A stretch of 64,000 nucleotides of DNA, taken from a virus. Taxonomy: Duplodnaviria > Caudoviricetes. Each line of letters opens with the position of its first letter. Position 1 is the first letter of the stretch. This document shows positions 39,831 through 49,196 of this stretch, one piece after another. Under the pieces are notes generated by a model. It saw only the letters and a program-made list of their open reading frames with translations, did not search any database and was not told the origin of the DNA. The position numbers and the translations under genes were made by a program. The DNA lies in IMG/VR virus record IMGVR_UViG_2684623128_000006, positions 1 through 64,000 of that record; one strand, given 5' to 3'.

Positions 39831-40887
39831 TCGCTGCGTTAATATCACGATCATGGTGCGTATTGCATTCTGGACAAGTCCAGTTTCGGATATTAAGCGG
39901 CATTGATTCGTGTACGAATCCACAACAGCTACAACGCTTTGAGCTAGGGAAGAAGCGCTCTATCTCAACGATAGTTCGTCCAGCCCATTCTGCTTTGTAT
40001 TTGAGTTGGCGAACGAACTCACCCCAACTCGCATCAGCGATGTGTTTTGCTAGTTTTGGATTGCGGAGCATGTTCTTCACTTGTAGCGATTCAACACAAA
40101 CAACTTGGTTTTCGTTTATCAGTTTGCGAGACAACTTGTGTAAGTTGTCTAATCGACTATCAGCAATTTTCGCGTGTAGACGGGCTACTTTCTGGCGCAC
40201 CTTAGCGCGATTATTACTGCCTTTCTTTTTCTTGGCGAGTTGACGCTGTAGGTATGCCAGTTTGTTTTGGTAGTGTTTGAAGTGGCGAGGATTATCGACT
40301 TTCTCACCGCTATCTGTGATGAACAGGTTATTTAAACCCAAATCAATACCAACCGTTTTAGCGGTTACAGGCATTGGTTTAGGCTCAAAACGGCATAGCA
40401 TAGACACAAAGTATCGGCCTGTGGTGTCTTTTGAGATTGTGACTGTGGTTGGTTCGCTAGGTAGTTCACGACTCCAACGGATATTAAGTGGCTGCTTGGA
40501 CTTGGCAATGAATAGCTGTCCATCGCGGAACTTAAATGCAGATTTGGTGAACTCAGCAGACTGTTTGTGACGTTTCTTTTTTTCGACAGGGTATTTTGCT
40601 CGACCCTCAAAGAAGTTCTTAAAAGCAGCTTGCTGGTGACGTAGTGATTGTTGCAAAGGCACACAAGAAACATCATTAAGCCAGCTTAACTCCGGATCTT
40701 TCTTAAACTCGGTCAATCGGCTTGATGCTGCGTTGTAGTTCACCTTAATTTTGTCATTACGGTAAGCGTCAATTCTCCAACGTAGGATTCTGTTGTAAAC
40801 AGTTCGCACACAACCGAACGTTCTTGCTAGAAGTTCAGCTTGATCATCAGTTGGATAAAACCGTTGTTTGATTACGATCTCTTTCAT
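39793..40887 (-). CDS. tnpB: TnpB RNA-guided endonuclease
   Basis: N-terminal HTH; RuvC VGIDLG, VCVESL and HDRDINAAKNI; Zn finger CSCC..CPEC; D-E-D triad intact. Confidence 0.97.
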   Translation of the reverse strand: MKEIVIKQRFYPTDDQAELLARTFGCVRTVYNRILRWRIDAYRNDKIKVNYNAASSRLTEFKKDPELSWLNDVSCVPLQQSLRHQQAAFKNFFEGRAKYPVEKKKRHKQSAEFTKSAFKFRDGQLFIAKSKQPLNIRWSRELPSEPTTVTISKDTTGRYFVSMLCRFEPKPMPVTAKTVGIDLGLNNLFITDSGEKVDNPRHFKHYQNKLAYLQRQLAKKKKGSNNRAKVRQKVARLHAKIADSRLDNLHKLSRKLINENQVVCVESLQVKNMLRNPKLAKHIADASWGEFVRQLKYKAEWAGRTIVEIERFFPSSKRCSCCGFVHESMPLNIRNWTCPECNTHHDRDINAAKNIKTAGLAGLA

Positions 40888-40955
40888 GTCTTACAAACGC
40901 TTTTGACTTAACTCATTGAGTTAGCCCCGCAATAAACGGGGCTTTCTCTCCTGAT

Positions 40956-41225
40956 TTAACTTGTCTGGAAGTCCATTTTTTCTAGGGCAAGTTCAAACCC
41001 CGAGCAAAACAGATATTGAGCGTCCAGAATTGAATCAACGCGAAGATCACCACCACAAAGCAGCCAATCTTGAAAATGCTGTTCTGGCGAATCGTTCCAA
41101 TCGACAGGTTGTAAGGCGTTGTAGACCTGACAAAGAAGCTCTACAGGCGCGTTTAGATCTTGGGAGAGGTAGTCTTGCGCAGCTTGAAGTGCGGCGCGCA
41201 TGTTGATTGTAGAAGTGCCAATCAT
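40956..41225 (-). CDS. Small acidic hypothetical protein under C4 antisense control
   Basis: RBS (CAGGA) overlaps the C4 target CTTAACAGG. Confidence 0.65.
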   Translation of the reverse strand: MIGTSTINMRAALQAAQDYLSQDLNAPVELLCQVYNALQPVDWNDSPEQHFQDWLLCGGDLRVDSILDAQYLFCSGFELALEKMDFQTS

Positions 41226-41278
41226 GATTTCAGTCCTGTTAAGTTATTGTTTAACTCACCAAAACCGAGGCTAACCAG

Positions 41279-41358
41279 TGGTGGTGAGCTGATTCGGGAT
41301 TAGCCTTACCGCTTAACAGGAAACGGCGCACCGAAGTGCTCCCAAAACAGCCCACCAT
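41279..41358 (-). ncRNA. C4-type antisense RNA (P1/P7 C4, P4 CI-like)
   Basis: ATGGTGGGCTG...GCACTTCGGTGC...CCTGTTAAG...AGGCTAA...CAGCTCACCACCA cloverleaf; loops complementary to targets at 41416-41438 and 41235-41274. Confidence 0.85.
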
Positions 41359-41382
41359 AATTAGGATGTGCAGATTTCACGC

Positions 41383-41499
41383 AATAAAAAACCAGCAGGG
41401 TGCTGGCGACTTGCGCCTGTTAAGTTTCGAGAGGCTAATCTCGACACTGGATTTTGCCAGTGCCCAAATAGATTAACTCCAAAAAAATAGGTTTTGCAA
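41383..41499 (-). promoter_or_regulatory. C4 upstream target (a1/b1) leader with terminator and promoter
   Basis: TTGCAA..TAATCT promoter; CACTGGCAAAATCCAGTG hairpin; TTAGCCT and CTTAACAGG targets; CCAGCAccCTGCTGGTTTTTT terminator. Confidence 0.75.
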
Positions 41500-41900
41500 G
41501 TCGTTTTTTAATATAATTTTTTATATGCAATCTGGCAAGTGTAAAAGCGTTGATTTTAATGCTGTGTTCGGAATTTATAGTGAGCAAGCTTTGTCGTATA
41601 ATCCCTAATCACCACAATAGAATTAACTAGAAAGGGCAGCGCTCCTCTCCTCCCTCTTTCGGGAGGGGTATCCACGCTGAAACATTTAGGTGGCGAGTTT
41701 TCGCATGCGAGAACTTTTGGGATAGGGAAAAGGATTAAAGGCTCTTAAGCAATGCGAAAAGCGCCTTGGCGTAGTTATGACGTTCGCTGGCTGCTAGTGC
41801 AAGGTTTAAAGATTGCTTGTAGTAATAGTCTGCTCGGATTTTAGTGAAAACATTCATCGTTTTTTCTCAAGTTCTCTGAAAAGTTTTCGCATGCGAAAAC

Positions 41901-42605
41901 TTAAGCGGCCAGTTTGTCAGGATTGTGCTCGAACCATTCAATCGCTTTTTGCTTGATGCTATCTAGCTCCAAGCCCTCTGAGTGAACGTCTCGCATTACA
42001 TCAACAAACAACGATGGCTTGGCTGTATTAAACTCCCCTGCAAGGAATCTCGCAACCAGTTCGCTTTGTTCAACTGGACGTTCGCCATTGTCGCGCTCAT
42101 TCTGCTCAATGTGCTTAGTGATGATCTTGATAGCCTTGCTACGGTCAGCGCGCGACCAGCTACCAAAACCACCATTTTTCTTGGCTGAGCCCGCATCGTT
42201 TTTCCAGTAGTCCAAACCGCGCGCAACATGCCCCTTGTAGCCAAACTGGAAGTTTTCGCCATCCTTGTAAACAACGTAGTTATCCCCCTTTTCAACCATT
42301 TGGTAGTTAGGGAAAAACGCCATTTCGTATTCGTACCAGTTAGGCAGAAGTAGCACTTCATTGAGCTTTTCAATCTTATCGGAGCGGCCTAACTTGGAAA
42401 ATTCTTCTACCGATATTGGCTCATCCGAACTTGATACCGGTTCCTGCTCAACCTTTTGGTTAGCGCCTGTCAGTTTATTAAGAATTTCCACCAGCTCACG
42501 GTTCTTTTTGATGCGTTCACCAATCGATAGCTGGCCACTCTTAAGCTCTTTCAACAAACCCGCAGCATCGCGGTTGAGCGTCATTTTTTCTCTTAAGCTT
42601 AACAC
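41901..42605 (-). CDS. ddrA: DdrA-like protein with an internal insertion
   Basis: C-terminal ELVARFLAGEF..LDSIKQKAIEWF resembles recalled P1 DdrA; follows darA. Confidence 0.6.
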   Translation of the reverse strand: MLSLREKMTLNRDAAGLLKELKSGQLSIGERIKKNRELVEILNKLTGANQKVEQEPVSSSDEPISVEEFSKLGRSDKIEKLNEVLLLPNWYEYEMAFFPNYQMVEKGDNYVVYKDGENFQFGYKGHVARGLDYWKNDAGSAKKNGGFGSWSRADRSKAIKIITKHIEQNERDNGERPVEQSELVARFLAGEFNTAKPSLFVDVMRDVHSEGLELDSIKQKAIEWFEHNPDKLAA

Positions 42606-42652
42606 TTGATTCTCTCCGGTTTAGGCCGCCGAAGTGGCGGCCTTGGTTGTGA

Positions 42653-45600
42653 TTAGATTTGCGCTTGGATCATGCTGGTGATGTTGCTTAGAGCAGCATC
42701 CATCAACGCTTCGTTCTCTGCTATTTGGTCGTTAGCTTCGAAGTGGGCGTAAGCCTGTTCTAGTGCGGTTTGGAACTCATCAACCAATTCCGGCGTAGGT
42801 TCACCAGTGAAATCTCGGATTTCCTTTAGTTTCTCTACATGTTCCATTTCTTCGTTATTGCCCTCTGTTTCAGATTGAGGCGCCTCACTACTTAGATTGA
42901 ACGCTTTCACTAATAGCGCTTCCATTTCCGCTGTATCGTCAAATTCACCGATCAAGTCGTTGCCTTGGTATAGCGCGAACTTGTACTCGCCATCTTTAGC
43001 GATCGGATAAATGTCAGCGTGGCTTTCATTTAACCATGAACGGGCGATTAGCGGAGCGTACACGTTCGCTGGCACTGAGCCATTTACTGAGTGGATACCT
43101 GCCGCAACACTTGGTTGTACCAATGCGCCTATTTCGTTGTAGTAGGTATCCGCAGATTGCCAGTCCTTAATCGTCTCAAGCTGAGCTTTCGCTTTTTCGC
43201 TTAAGTCGGTCGCTAGAATGTCGAATAGAACGTCTAGGCTGTAAGTGAGTCCGTCCTCATCTTTCGCATTAATCGACTTCACTCGGCCTGTTGGGAAAGT
43301 CACTTCCTGCTTACCAAGTTTTAGCTCTAGGTTGGTAAAGGCTTCTAGCTGCTCAAGCGCTTTCGCTTCTTCTTCATCTAGGCTTTCACGGAATGAGGTA
43401 ACGTCTAATACGTCATCCTCTGCCTGTTCGCCTTGCTGGTGCATTTCAGTTAGAGACGCGAGCTCTACCACTTTGCGCTCTTTACCAAAATCAAAGTCCA
43501 CGGTTAGGCGGCCACCAAAGAAATTGCGATCGTGGTAATCGGTCATCGTGTCGCTGTTGTTGTAGTCGTATTGGCCTACATAAGCGTTAACGAACTCGAT
43601 CAGCTGATCTACTGCTTCGGTATAACGGCTCATACCGTGTGGCGCTGGCGAGTTAGGGTTATCAATCTCGAACTGTAGGTAAGCTGGATTGTAGAGCATG
43701 ACGTTTCTTGGCAAGTCAGTCAGCGTTAGGTCTAGTGTGCCGTAGCGAGGCTTGCGTACTGAGATTTTAACGTCATTACTGATCTTGCCAGCTTTCTTAA
43801 GCTGAGCGATAAAGGCGCGGATTCGCTTAGCGATTTCACCCGTATCTCGAATGCCCTCGCTCTCATAGATTGAGCCAAATGAATATTGAGTTGGGTCTAG
43901 TGCGAGAAGTTGTTTTTCTTCCTCGGATGCACCCTTGCTCACTTCATCTGCTGTGTCAGATTCTACGGCGTTCTTAGCACCCAATAGCTCAAGCAGTTTG
44001 TTCGCACCGTCAACCGTTAGGTAGCTGCGAGAATTGGTGTTAGCGATAAAGCGTAGCTCTTTACCCTTGTTCGACTTCGCAGAGAAGAAACTGTAGCCAA
44101 ATGTATTTTCCATTTGGTTCTCTTGTTCTTCGGTTAGCGCAATGCCGTTAATCTTGCCGTCATCGTCCACCTTGGCCAGTAGCTTGTCGGCGTTCTCGCG
44201 TAGTGTTGGGCGCGAGTGAAGCGAACCCGAGCCGTTAATGGCCAACGTTGAATACAATGATTCAAAGCCGTTGATTGTGGTGAACATAGCCGGACTGACA
44301 GGCTCTAGTGGTGCGCTGTATTCCGTCTCTGCAATTTGCTCAAGCGTTTTGCCGTCCTTAAGCATGTTAAAGATTGCAATAGTGCTTTCTTTCACTGCTT
44401 GGTCGTTTAGTTGAGTCGCTTTTTGCTGCGCTGCTGCGCCCTCTAGGCCAGTTTCTAGCACCTTGCCTGTGTACGTATCGATAACGCTAAAATCAGATTG
44501 GCCAATAGTGCCAACTGGTGCGTAGCGTTTCTCGCGTGTCGCCTTGAATTGACCTTTATGGTTCAAGTCAGGCAACGCAGCAAGGCTAGGGAAGCCACGG
44601 CTTTCGTATTCCGCTTCGATAGCTTTTGTGTACCACAATGGCATGACCGAGTTATGGATAGCGCGCACCATCTGTTCATTGTCGATCTGCTCATCGTTAT
44701 CCAAGTATCTAAAACCATGAATTGCCAGGATGTCTTGGTTGGTAACACTTGCCATTGCATAGTGCTGAGCAAAGAGCTCATCTGAACTTAGTTCGGATAG
44801 GTCAGGGTAGATACCGTCATCAATCGCCTTAATGAAGCGCTCAACTTTTTGGTAGTCCTCGCCTTGGTCTGCCATTGCTGGAATGACGGTTTCACCTTTT
44901 GCCTTGGTGTAAGCTACGTCTCCCTCATGGTAAACCGTAGTCGCGCTAAACGCTTTTTCTACGTCATCCAGTGCTAACGCTTCGCCGTTCTCAAACTTCT
45001 CGTATAGGTCGCCACGTAGCGCGCGTAGGTCGAACATTTTCGCCGTTGCACTAAAGAATCCGTCACGGTAGTTCAAGATAGCTTGCAGTAGGTCAGCGCG
45101 TTTCGCACGGCGGTTAAATGGAATGCGATGAGCCGTTAGGAAATCAGTGATCTCTTTGCGGTTCTTAAATTGCGCTTCCAGTGACGCTAGGGTTTCACCT
45201 TGTAGTGATTCCACTAGGTGCGCTTGTTCTGAAATACGCTTAGCTTGGTCATCCACTTTCTCGCCACGTTTTAGTGTTTTACCAGTACCTAGCGTTAGGT
45301 CAGCTAGCATAACAAGACGTTTGCGATCGCTTGGGTTTACTGACTGCATATCCTTAAGTTGGGATAGGGCTGCTTCTTGGAAGCGCATGCGGCCTTGCGT
45401 GTGTTCTGCTTGGCGCTGTAATTCAGCATCGCTTTGAACCAGCATTAGGTCTTCGGCAATCTCTTGAATCATGTCCGGCGTCACAAGGTCAATCGATGCG
45501 CTCCATAGCTTGTACGCGTTTGGATTTTCCTTGCGGTTCTTCATTTCTGGTTGCTGGCGTAGCTGCTTAGCGAACGCTGCTTTGAAGCCCACTTGTTTTA

Positions 45601-47446
45601 GGGTATCGAGCGTAGACTGAGGAATTTCATCAACGCCTTTGTCCTCAACCCATTGGTCTAGCGCTTCGGTTGCGATGCGCTCCGCTTCTTCTAGGTCGCC
45701 CTCAACCATGCCAAATAGCGGCTCTAGGTCAAAGTTACTTACTAATTCTGGTGGCAGTTTTTGGTCATAAGCGATCGCACCGTGGCGAATGCCATTACCA
45801 GCGTCAGCGAATTGCTCTTTAGCCGATTCTGGATCGAGGTACTTAACCACTTGATGTTGTGGCGGCGTCGTACCCAAGCCATAAGGGCGTAGACGTAGGC
45901 CATACCAGAATAGGTTATCCGTGGTTTCGTCTTTGTCTTGGTCGTTCGCGTTTGGCTCGTCGTTCTCAATTGATTGTGGTTCTTCGTTGCTGTCATCGGT
46001 ATCTTGAAGCAACTTAGATTCGCGATCGTAGTCAGCCAGAATAAGTGATTTAGCAGCTTCCCAACCTTGTAGATCGTCGCCACCAGCAAGCGGTGAACCC
46101 TCGCCGTAAGTGACAGCCAAGGTTTGGTTATCGCGCGCGTGGATCATGTACTGGCCAAAGCTATCATCGTCGTTCGCGTCAGGCGATTCGAAGTAGACAA
46201 ACGGCTCGCTATCTTCGCCTTTATCCATCTTCCAGCCCTTAGCAATGGTCTTGCGACCAATAAGAGCCAATAGCCATTCTTTGCGCTCGATATTTGCTTT
46301 TCGTTCCCGTTCTTTGTCTGACAACTGAGGAAAATCGTTTTCAATTGAATCACGGATGTATTCTTTAGCCTCGGCAAGCTCTGATACCGTCATAGCACCT
46401 TTATCGAGGTCATAAATCACATCATTGATATACGACTCTGAATAAGTGCTAGGAACGTTTTGATTTGCTGCACCTGCAAACTCTAATGAGTCTTTAAACT
46501 CTTGGCTTAGCTGTTTAACAAAGGCATCAAGATCGCCATTGAAGGCACGGTTAATGATGAAGTCGCGTTTCTCTTGCTTAGTCCATGAAGCGTCCCATTG
46601 CTCGATCACTTGAGACGAGCTACCACCAGCGTTTACATTTTTCGTTGCTGTATTTGCTGCTGGCTTGATAGCAGCAAGCTGTTTGCGTAGTTCTTCTTGG
46701 ATTTCGTTCTGCGTAGCAATCTGAGTTTCCAAGCGCTTCTCTTTCTTGGCCAGCTCATCGAGCTTTTGTTCCAAGTCGGTAGCTTCTTCGCCTAGTTGCG
46801 CAGCTTGTTCATCAAGTTCTTGTGCCTTTTGTTGCGCTTCTTCCAATGCTTTCTTGTCAGCGTCTTTCTTGGCCTTAGCAGCGACAAATTTCTCGCTGTT
46901 GTTTTCAAGCAACTGCGCTAGCTTGTTGGTCACTTCCTTAAGGGATAAATCCATGTTGCCCTTTGGCGCGACTACGTGAGTAATATCGCGCGAGTTCATT
47001 AGAAAGCGGAACGCGATTAACGTGTCATCTGGATTGATTTTTAGCGGATCGTTATCCGGCGCATGGAACGCAATAGAAATGCTCTGGCCATCTGAAAACG
47101 GGATTTTCACCATTTGGACAGCAACCGCACCAGACTTGCGCGGTTTGCCTACTTCAACGGCTTCTACCGATAAAGTAGGGGTTTTACGCTCCAAGTGCTT
47201 ACCGAATTGCTGAGCACGAAATTCAAGCCTTGAGGCTTTCGATTTGAACGCCTCTAGCATCATTTGTGGCACAGGTTTGCACTGATACAAGTAGGTGTTC
47301 TCCAAATCCTCAAGTGACAATGCTTCTAGGATTTGATCGGCGTTTTTACCTTGCAGCACCGCTTCAATCTGCTCCGGCGAGAGTTTCTTGGCCAGATGGT
47401 CGATGCGATCCACAATCTTGATTTGATTTTGACTGGTAAACATCAT
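42653..47446 (-). CDS. darA: Enlarged DarA-like antirestriction/polyvalent head protein
   Basis: DarA N-domain (FSDGQSISIAFHAP..DITHVVAP), DarA C-like YGLRLRPYGLG..RHGAIAY, LPD-like NNSDTMTDYHDRNFFG; 1597 aa. Confidence 0.82.
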   Translation of the reverse strand: MMFTSQNQIKIVDRIDHLAKKLSPEQIEAVLQGKNADQILEALSLEDLENTYLYQCKPVPQMMLEAFKSKASRLEFRAQQFGKHLERKTPTLSVEAVEVGKPRKSGAVAVQMVKIPFSDGQSISIAFHAPDNDPLKINPDDTLIAFRFLMNSRDITHVVAPKGNMDLSLKEVTNKLAQLLENNSEKFVAAKAKKDADKKALEEAQQKAQELDEQAAQLGEEATDLEQKLDELAKKEKRLETQIATQNEIQEELRKQLAAIKPAANTATKNVNAGGSSSQVIEQWDASWTKQEKRDFIINRAFNGDLDAFVKQLSQEFKDSLEFAGAANQNVPSTYSESYINDVIYDLDKGAMTVSELAEAKEYIRDSIENDFPQLSDKERERKANIERKEWLLALIGRKTIAKGWKMDKGEDSEPFVYFESPDANDDDSFGQYMIHARDNQTLAVTYGEGSPLAGGDDLQGWEAAKSLILADYDRESKLLQDTDDSNEEPQSIENDEPNANDQDKDETTDNLFWYGLRLRPYGLGTTPPQHQVVKYLDPESAKEQFADAGNGIRHGAIAYDQKLPPELVSNFDLEPLFGMVEGDLEEAERIATEALDQWVEDKGVDEIPQSTLDTLKQVGFKAAFAKQLRQQPEMKNRKENPNAYKLWSASIDLVTPDMIQEIAEDLMLVQSDAELQRQAEHTQGRMRFQEAALSQLKDMQSVNPSDRKRLVMLADLTLGTGKTLKRGEKVDDQAKRISEQAHLVESLQGETLASLEAQFKNRKEITDFLTAHRIPFNRRAKRADLLQAILNYRDGFFSATAKMFDLRALRGDLYEKFENGEALALDDVEKAFSATTVYHEGDVAYTKAKGETVIPAMADQGEDYQKVERFIKAIDDGIYPDLSELSSDELFAQHYAMASVTNQDILAIHGFRYLDNDEQIDNEQMVRAIHNSVMPLWYTKAIEAEYESRGFPSLAALPDLNHKGQFKATREKRYAPVGTIGQSDFSVIDTYTGKVLETGLEGAAAQQKATQLNDQAVKESTIAIFNMLKDGKTLEQIAETEYSAPLEPVSPAMFTTINGFESLYSTLAINGSGSLHSRPTLRENADKLLAKVDDDGKINGIALTEEQENQMENTFGYSFFSAKSNKGKELRFIANTNSRSYLTVDGANKLLELLGAKNAVESDTADEVSKGASEEEKQLLALDPTQYSFGSIYESEGIRDTGEIAKRIRAFIAQLKKAGKISNDVKISVRKPRYGTLDLTLTDLPRNVMLYNPAYLQFEIDNPNSPAPHGMSRYTEAVDQLIEFVNAYVGQYDYNNSDTMTDYHDRNFFGGRLTVDFDFGKERKVVELASLTEMHQQGEQAEDDVLDVTSFRESLDEEEAKALEQLEAFTNLELKLGKQEVTFPTGRVKSINAKDEDGLTYSLDVLFDILATDLSEKAKAQLETIKDWQSADTYYNEIGALVQPSVAAGIHSVNGSVPANVYAPLIARSWLNESHADIYPIAKDGEYKFALYQGNDLIGEFDDTAEMEALLVKAFNLSSEAPQSETEGNNEEMEHVEKLKEIRDFTGEPTPELVDEFQTALEQAYAHFEANDQIAENEALMDAALSNITSMIQAQI

Positions 47447-48075
47447 GACTTTGCCGCCTCTAATTGTGCTTCAAGTTCTTTGGTTTCTTGCTTCTCTTGC
47501 TCTAATGCAGTTTCGAGATCTGCTATGCGGCGTTGTTCTTCTTCCAACTTAGTGCGAACGCTATCCCGAGCGGCTAGGGCATTGGTGTAATTGGACTGAG
47601 CGACTTGTTCAGCCGCTTTGGCTTCTTCAAGTCGCTTAGCAATAGAACGTGTAGCTGGTTGAATGTCTGAGGTGTCTTTAACGGCTTTAGCCGCTTTACG
47701 TGCAACTTGCTTGTCAAACTTGCTTTGGTTGCGCTTCATTAGGCGAACCATTTCACGCGCAAGCTCGCGCTCGTTCTTCACGCTAGGGATAGGCTGTTTA
47801 GTGCTGTTGAGTGTCATTTGGAAAATATCACCCTCATCACCAATAAACAGCGTCATTGACTGGCCATTATCAAAGAATAACTTGGCGCGTTTAACTGTCT
47901 CGCCGTCTCGTCTCGTTCTCTTGTTCGAGGCTTCTACGTCTGTAACAGTCGCACCAGCTTGTTTTAACGCAGTGATCAGACTCTTAAGGCCGCGTTCGGT
48001 CACGTTGTCAAAATCGACCACCACATAGTTATGTGACTGGTCTAGTGCAAACTTACTGTTGTTACGCAATTTCAA
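47443..48075 (-). CDS. hdf: Hdf-like protein
   Basis: VDFDNVTERGLKSL..FDNGQSMTL..GDIFQMTLN; lies between lydB and darA. Confidence 0.8.
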   Translation of the reverse strand: MKLRNNSKFALDQSHNYVVVDFDNVTERGLKSLITALKQAGATVTDVEASNKRTRRDGETVKRAKLFFDNGQSMTLFIGDEGDIFQMTLNSTKQPIPSVKNERELAREMVRLMKRNQSKFDKQVARKAAKAVKDTSDIQPATRSIAKRLEEAKAAEQVAQSNYTNALAARDSVRTKLEEEQRRIADLETALEQEKQETKELEAQLEAAKS

Positions 48076-48475
48076 ATTCCTCTGAATATGTCGTACAGGT
48101 AGGAAAGATTTTGTACAGCGGATTGATTAGGGAACAGGAGCGCTCAATCTTAACGTCCAGAATCCACTCGCCATGCAGCTTTTCCCCCGCTTCGAGTTCG
48201 AGTAACTTGCGATCGAACGTCAGGTATTCGCTGTTATGTCCGGCGTGTGAAAAGTCGAGCTTACGTGTGCGAGTAATGACGGCTTTTGGTCGTTTTTTAC
48301 TGCGCAACGAATAGGTTAAAGTCCCACTCGTTATGGCTCGCTGAGATTGATAACCAAGAACGAATCGAATCACATCGGGATCGTCCATCTGGTTTGCATG
48401 CAGTATTTTTACTGCGTTTCGTTTAAGCAAAAATCGGTCAGCAATGGCTAGGCCAATTACTGCAAATTCCATCAT
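48062..48475 (-). CDS. lydB: LydB-like antiholin
   Basis: LAIADRFLLKR..SLINPLYKIFP. Confidence 0.78.
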   Translation of the reverse strand: MMEFAVIGLAIADRFLLKRNAVKILHANQMDDPDVIRFVLGYQSQRAITSGTLTYSLRSKKRPKAVITRTRKLDFSHAGHNSEYLTFDRKLLELEAGEKLHGEWILDVKIERSCSLINPLYKIFPTCTTYSEEFEIA

Positions 48476-48795
48476 TTGCCTTGCCCTCCGGTATTAAAAA
48501 ATCTCGCTAACATTTGGCTAGCCAGCTTGCGGATAAAGTTGATCGAGTCTGCTCCGTTGTTCGACGCAATGAGGACAAGCGCGCTGGTATAACCAGCCTC
48601 CACACCCTCGCTTTCACACAAGTAAGCGACTATCAAACCGACCACCAACGCCAGCGTTAGCTCGGTTAAAAAATCAAGGAATCCACCAGCTAGACGTTGC
48701 TCGCGTATGCCTTGGAGATATGACCCAACACCACTGAGGACAGATAGAGCCAGTACGCTAATCGCAAAGCTCTCACCAACAACTGACACTGGCAT
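48472..48795 (-). CDS. lydA: LydA-like holin
   Basis: LSVLSGVGSYL..LIASNNG; TM helices. Confidence 0.8.
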   Translation of the reverse strand: MPVSVVGESFAISVLALSVLSGVGSYLQGIREQRLAGGFLDFLTELTLALVVGLIVAYLCESEGVEAGYTSALVLIASNNGADSINFIRKLASQMLARFFNTGGQGK

Positions 48796-49196
48796 TAAAT
48801 CCCCCTTTAGTATATTACCTAGCGAGTGTATTCGGAATGGTGGCTTTTGCTCAATAGACGGGCGTTACTTACTTTTGAATGGGTATTAAATAGGGCTGTT
48901 TTGCGGAAAAAAGTTAGATTTCAAGAGCCTATATAAAAAAGAAGCCTCTCACCCAAAAGGCTGGTGAGAGGCTAATCCAAGCGTTTTGTTGCGCGGCAAC
49001 GCATACAAAACTTCCAATGAGGATAGTCGAGTCGAATCGATATTTGACGAGGAAGATTATATAAATATTGGTTTTCGCATCAATATGCGCCCATGTTTTC
49101 GCATGCGAAAACTTTAGGGGATGCCATGTTTTAAAGTTCTCGCATGCGAAAACTTTTGCAAAAAAAGGGACAGCATCGTGTCCCTTTGGTTGATGG

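Larger units (their letters stand above)
39696..41689 (-). mobile_element. Non-autonomous IS200/IS605-family element (no tnpA) carrying a C4 module, an 89-aa ORF and tnpB
   Basis: Right end GAATCCCCTAGC-gaatta-GCTAGGGGAGTATGTCAA (IS608-like); left-end-like CTAAATGTTTCAGCGTGGATACCCCTCCCgaaaGAGGGAGG. Confidence 0.72.
1686..48838. promoter_or_regulatory. Dispersed asymmetric operator ATTCCGAA(CAC), candidate C1 operators
   Basis: Intergenic copies starting at 1686, 3715, 4557, 8585, 10194, 12400, 14695, 14715, 20990, 21496, 25708, 25790, 26181, 29113, 41564 and 48828, in both orientations; several lie in promoter spacers. Confidence 0.7.

Noticed and set aside
40924-40950. Hairpin AAAGCCCCG..CGGGGCT as the true IS left end
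   Set aside because: No matching TTAC cleavage site at the expected distance; the 41649-41689 segment looks more like a left end, but this alternative is not excluded
41279-41358. tRNA gene (cloverleaf ending CCACCA)
   Set aside because: It lacks canonical D-loop and TTCRA T-loop features, and its loops match flanking targets, which is diagnostic of C4 RNA
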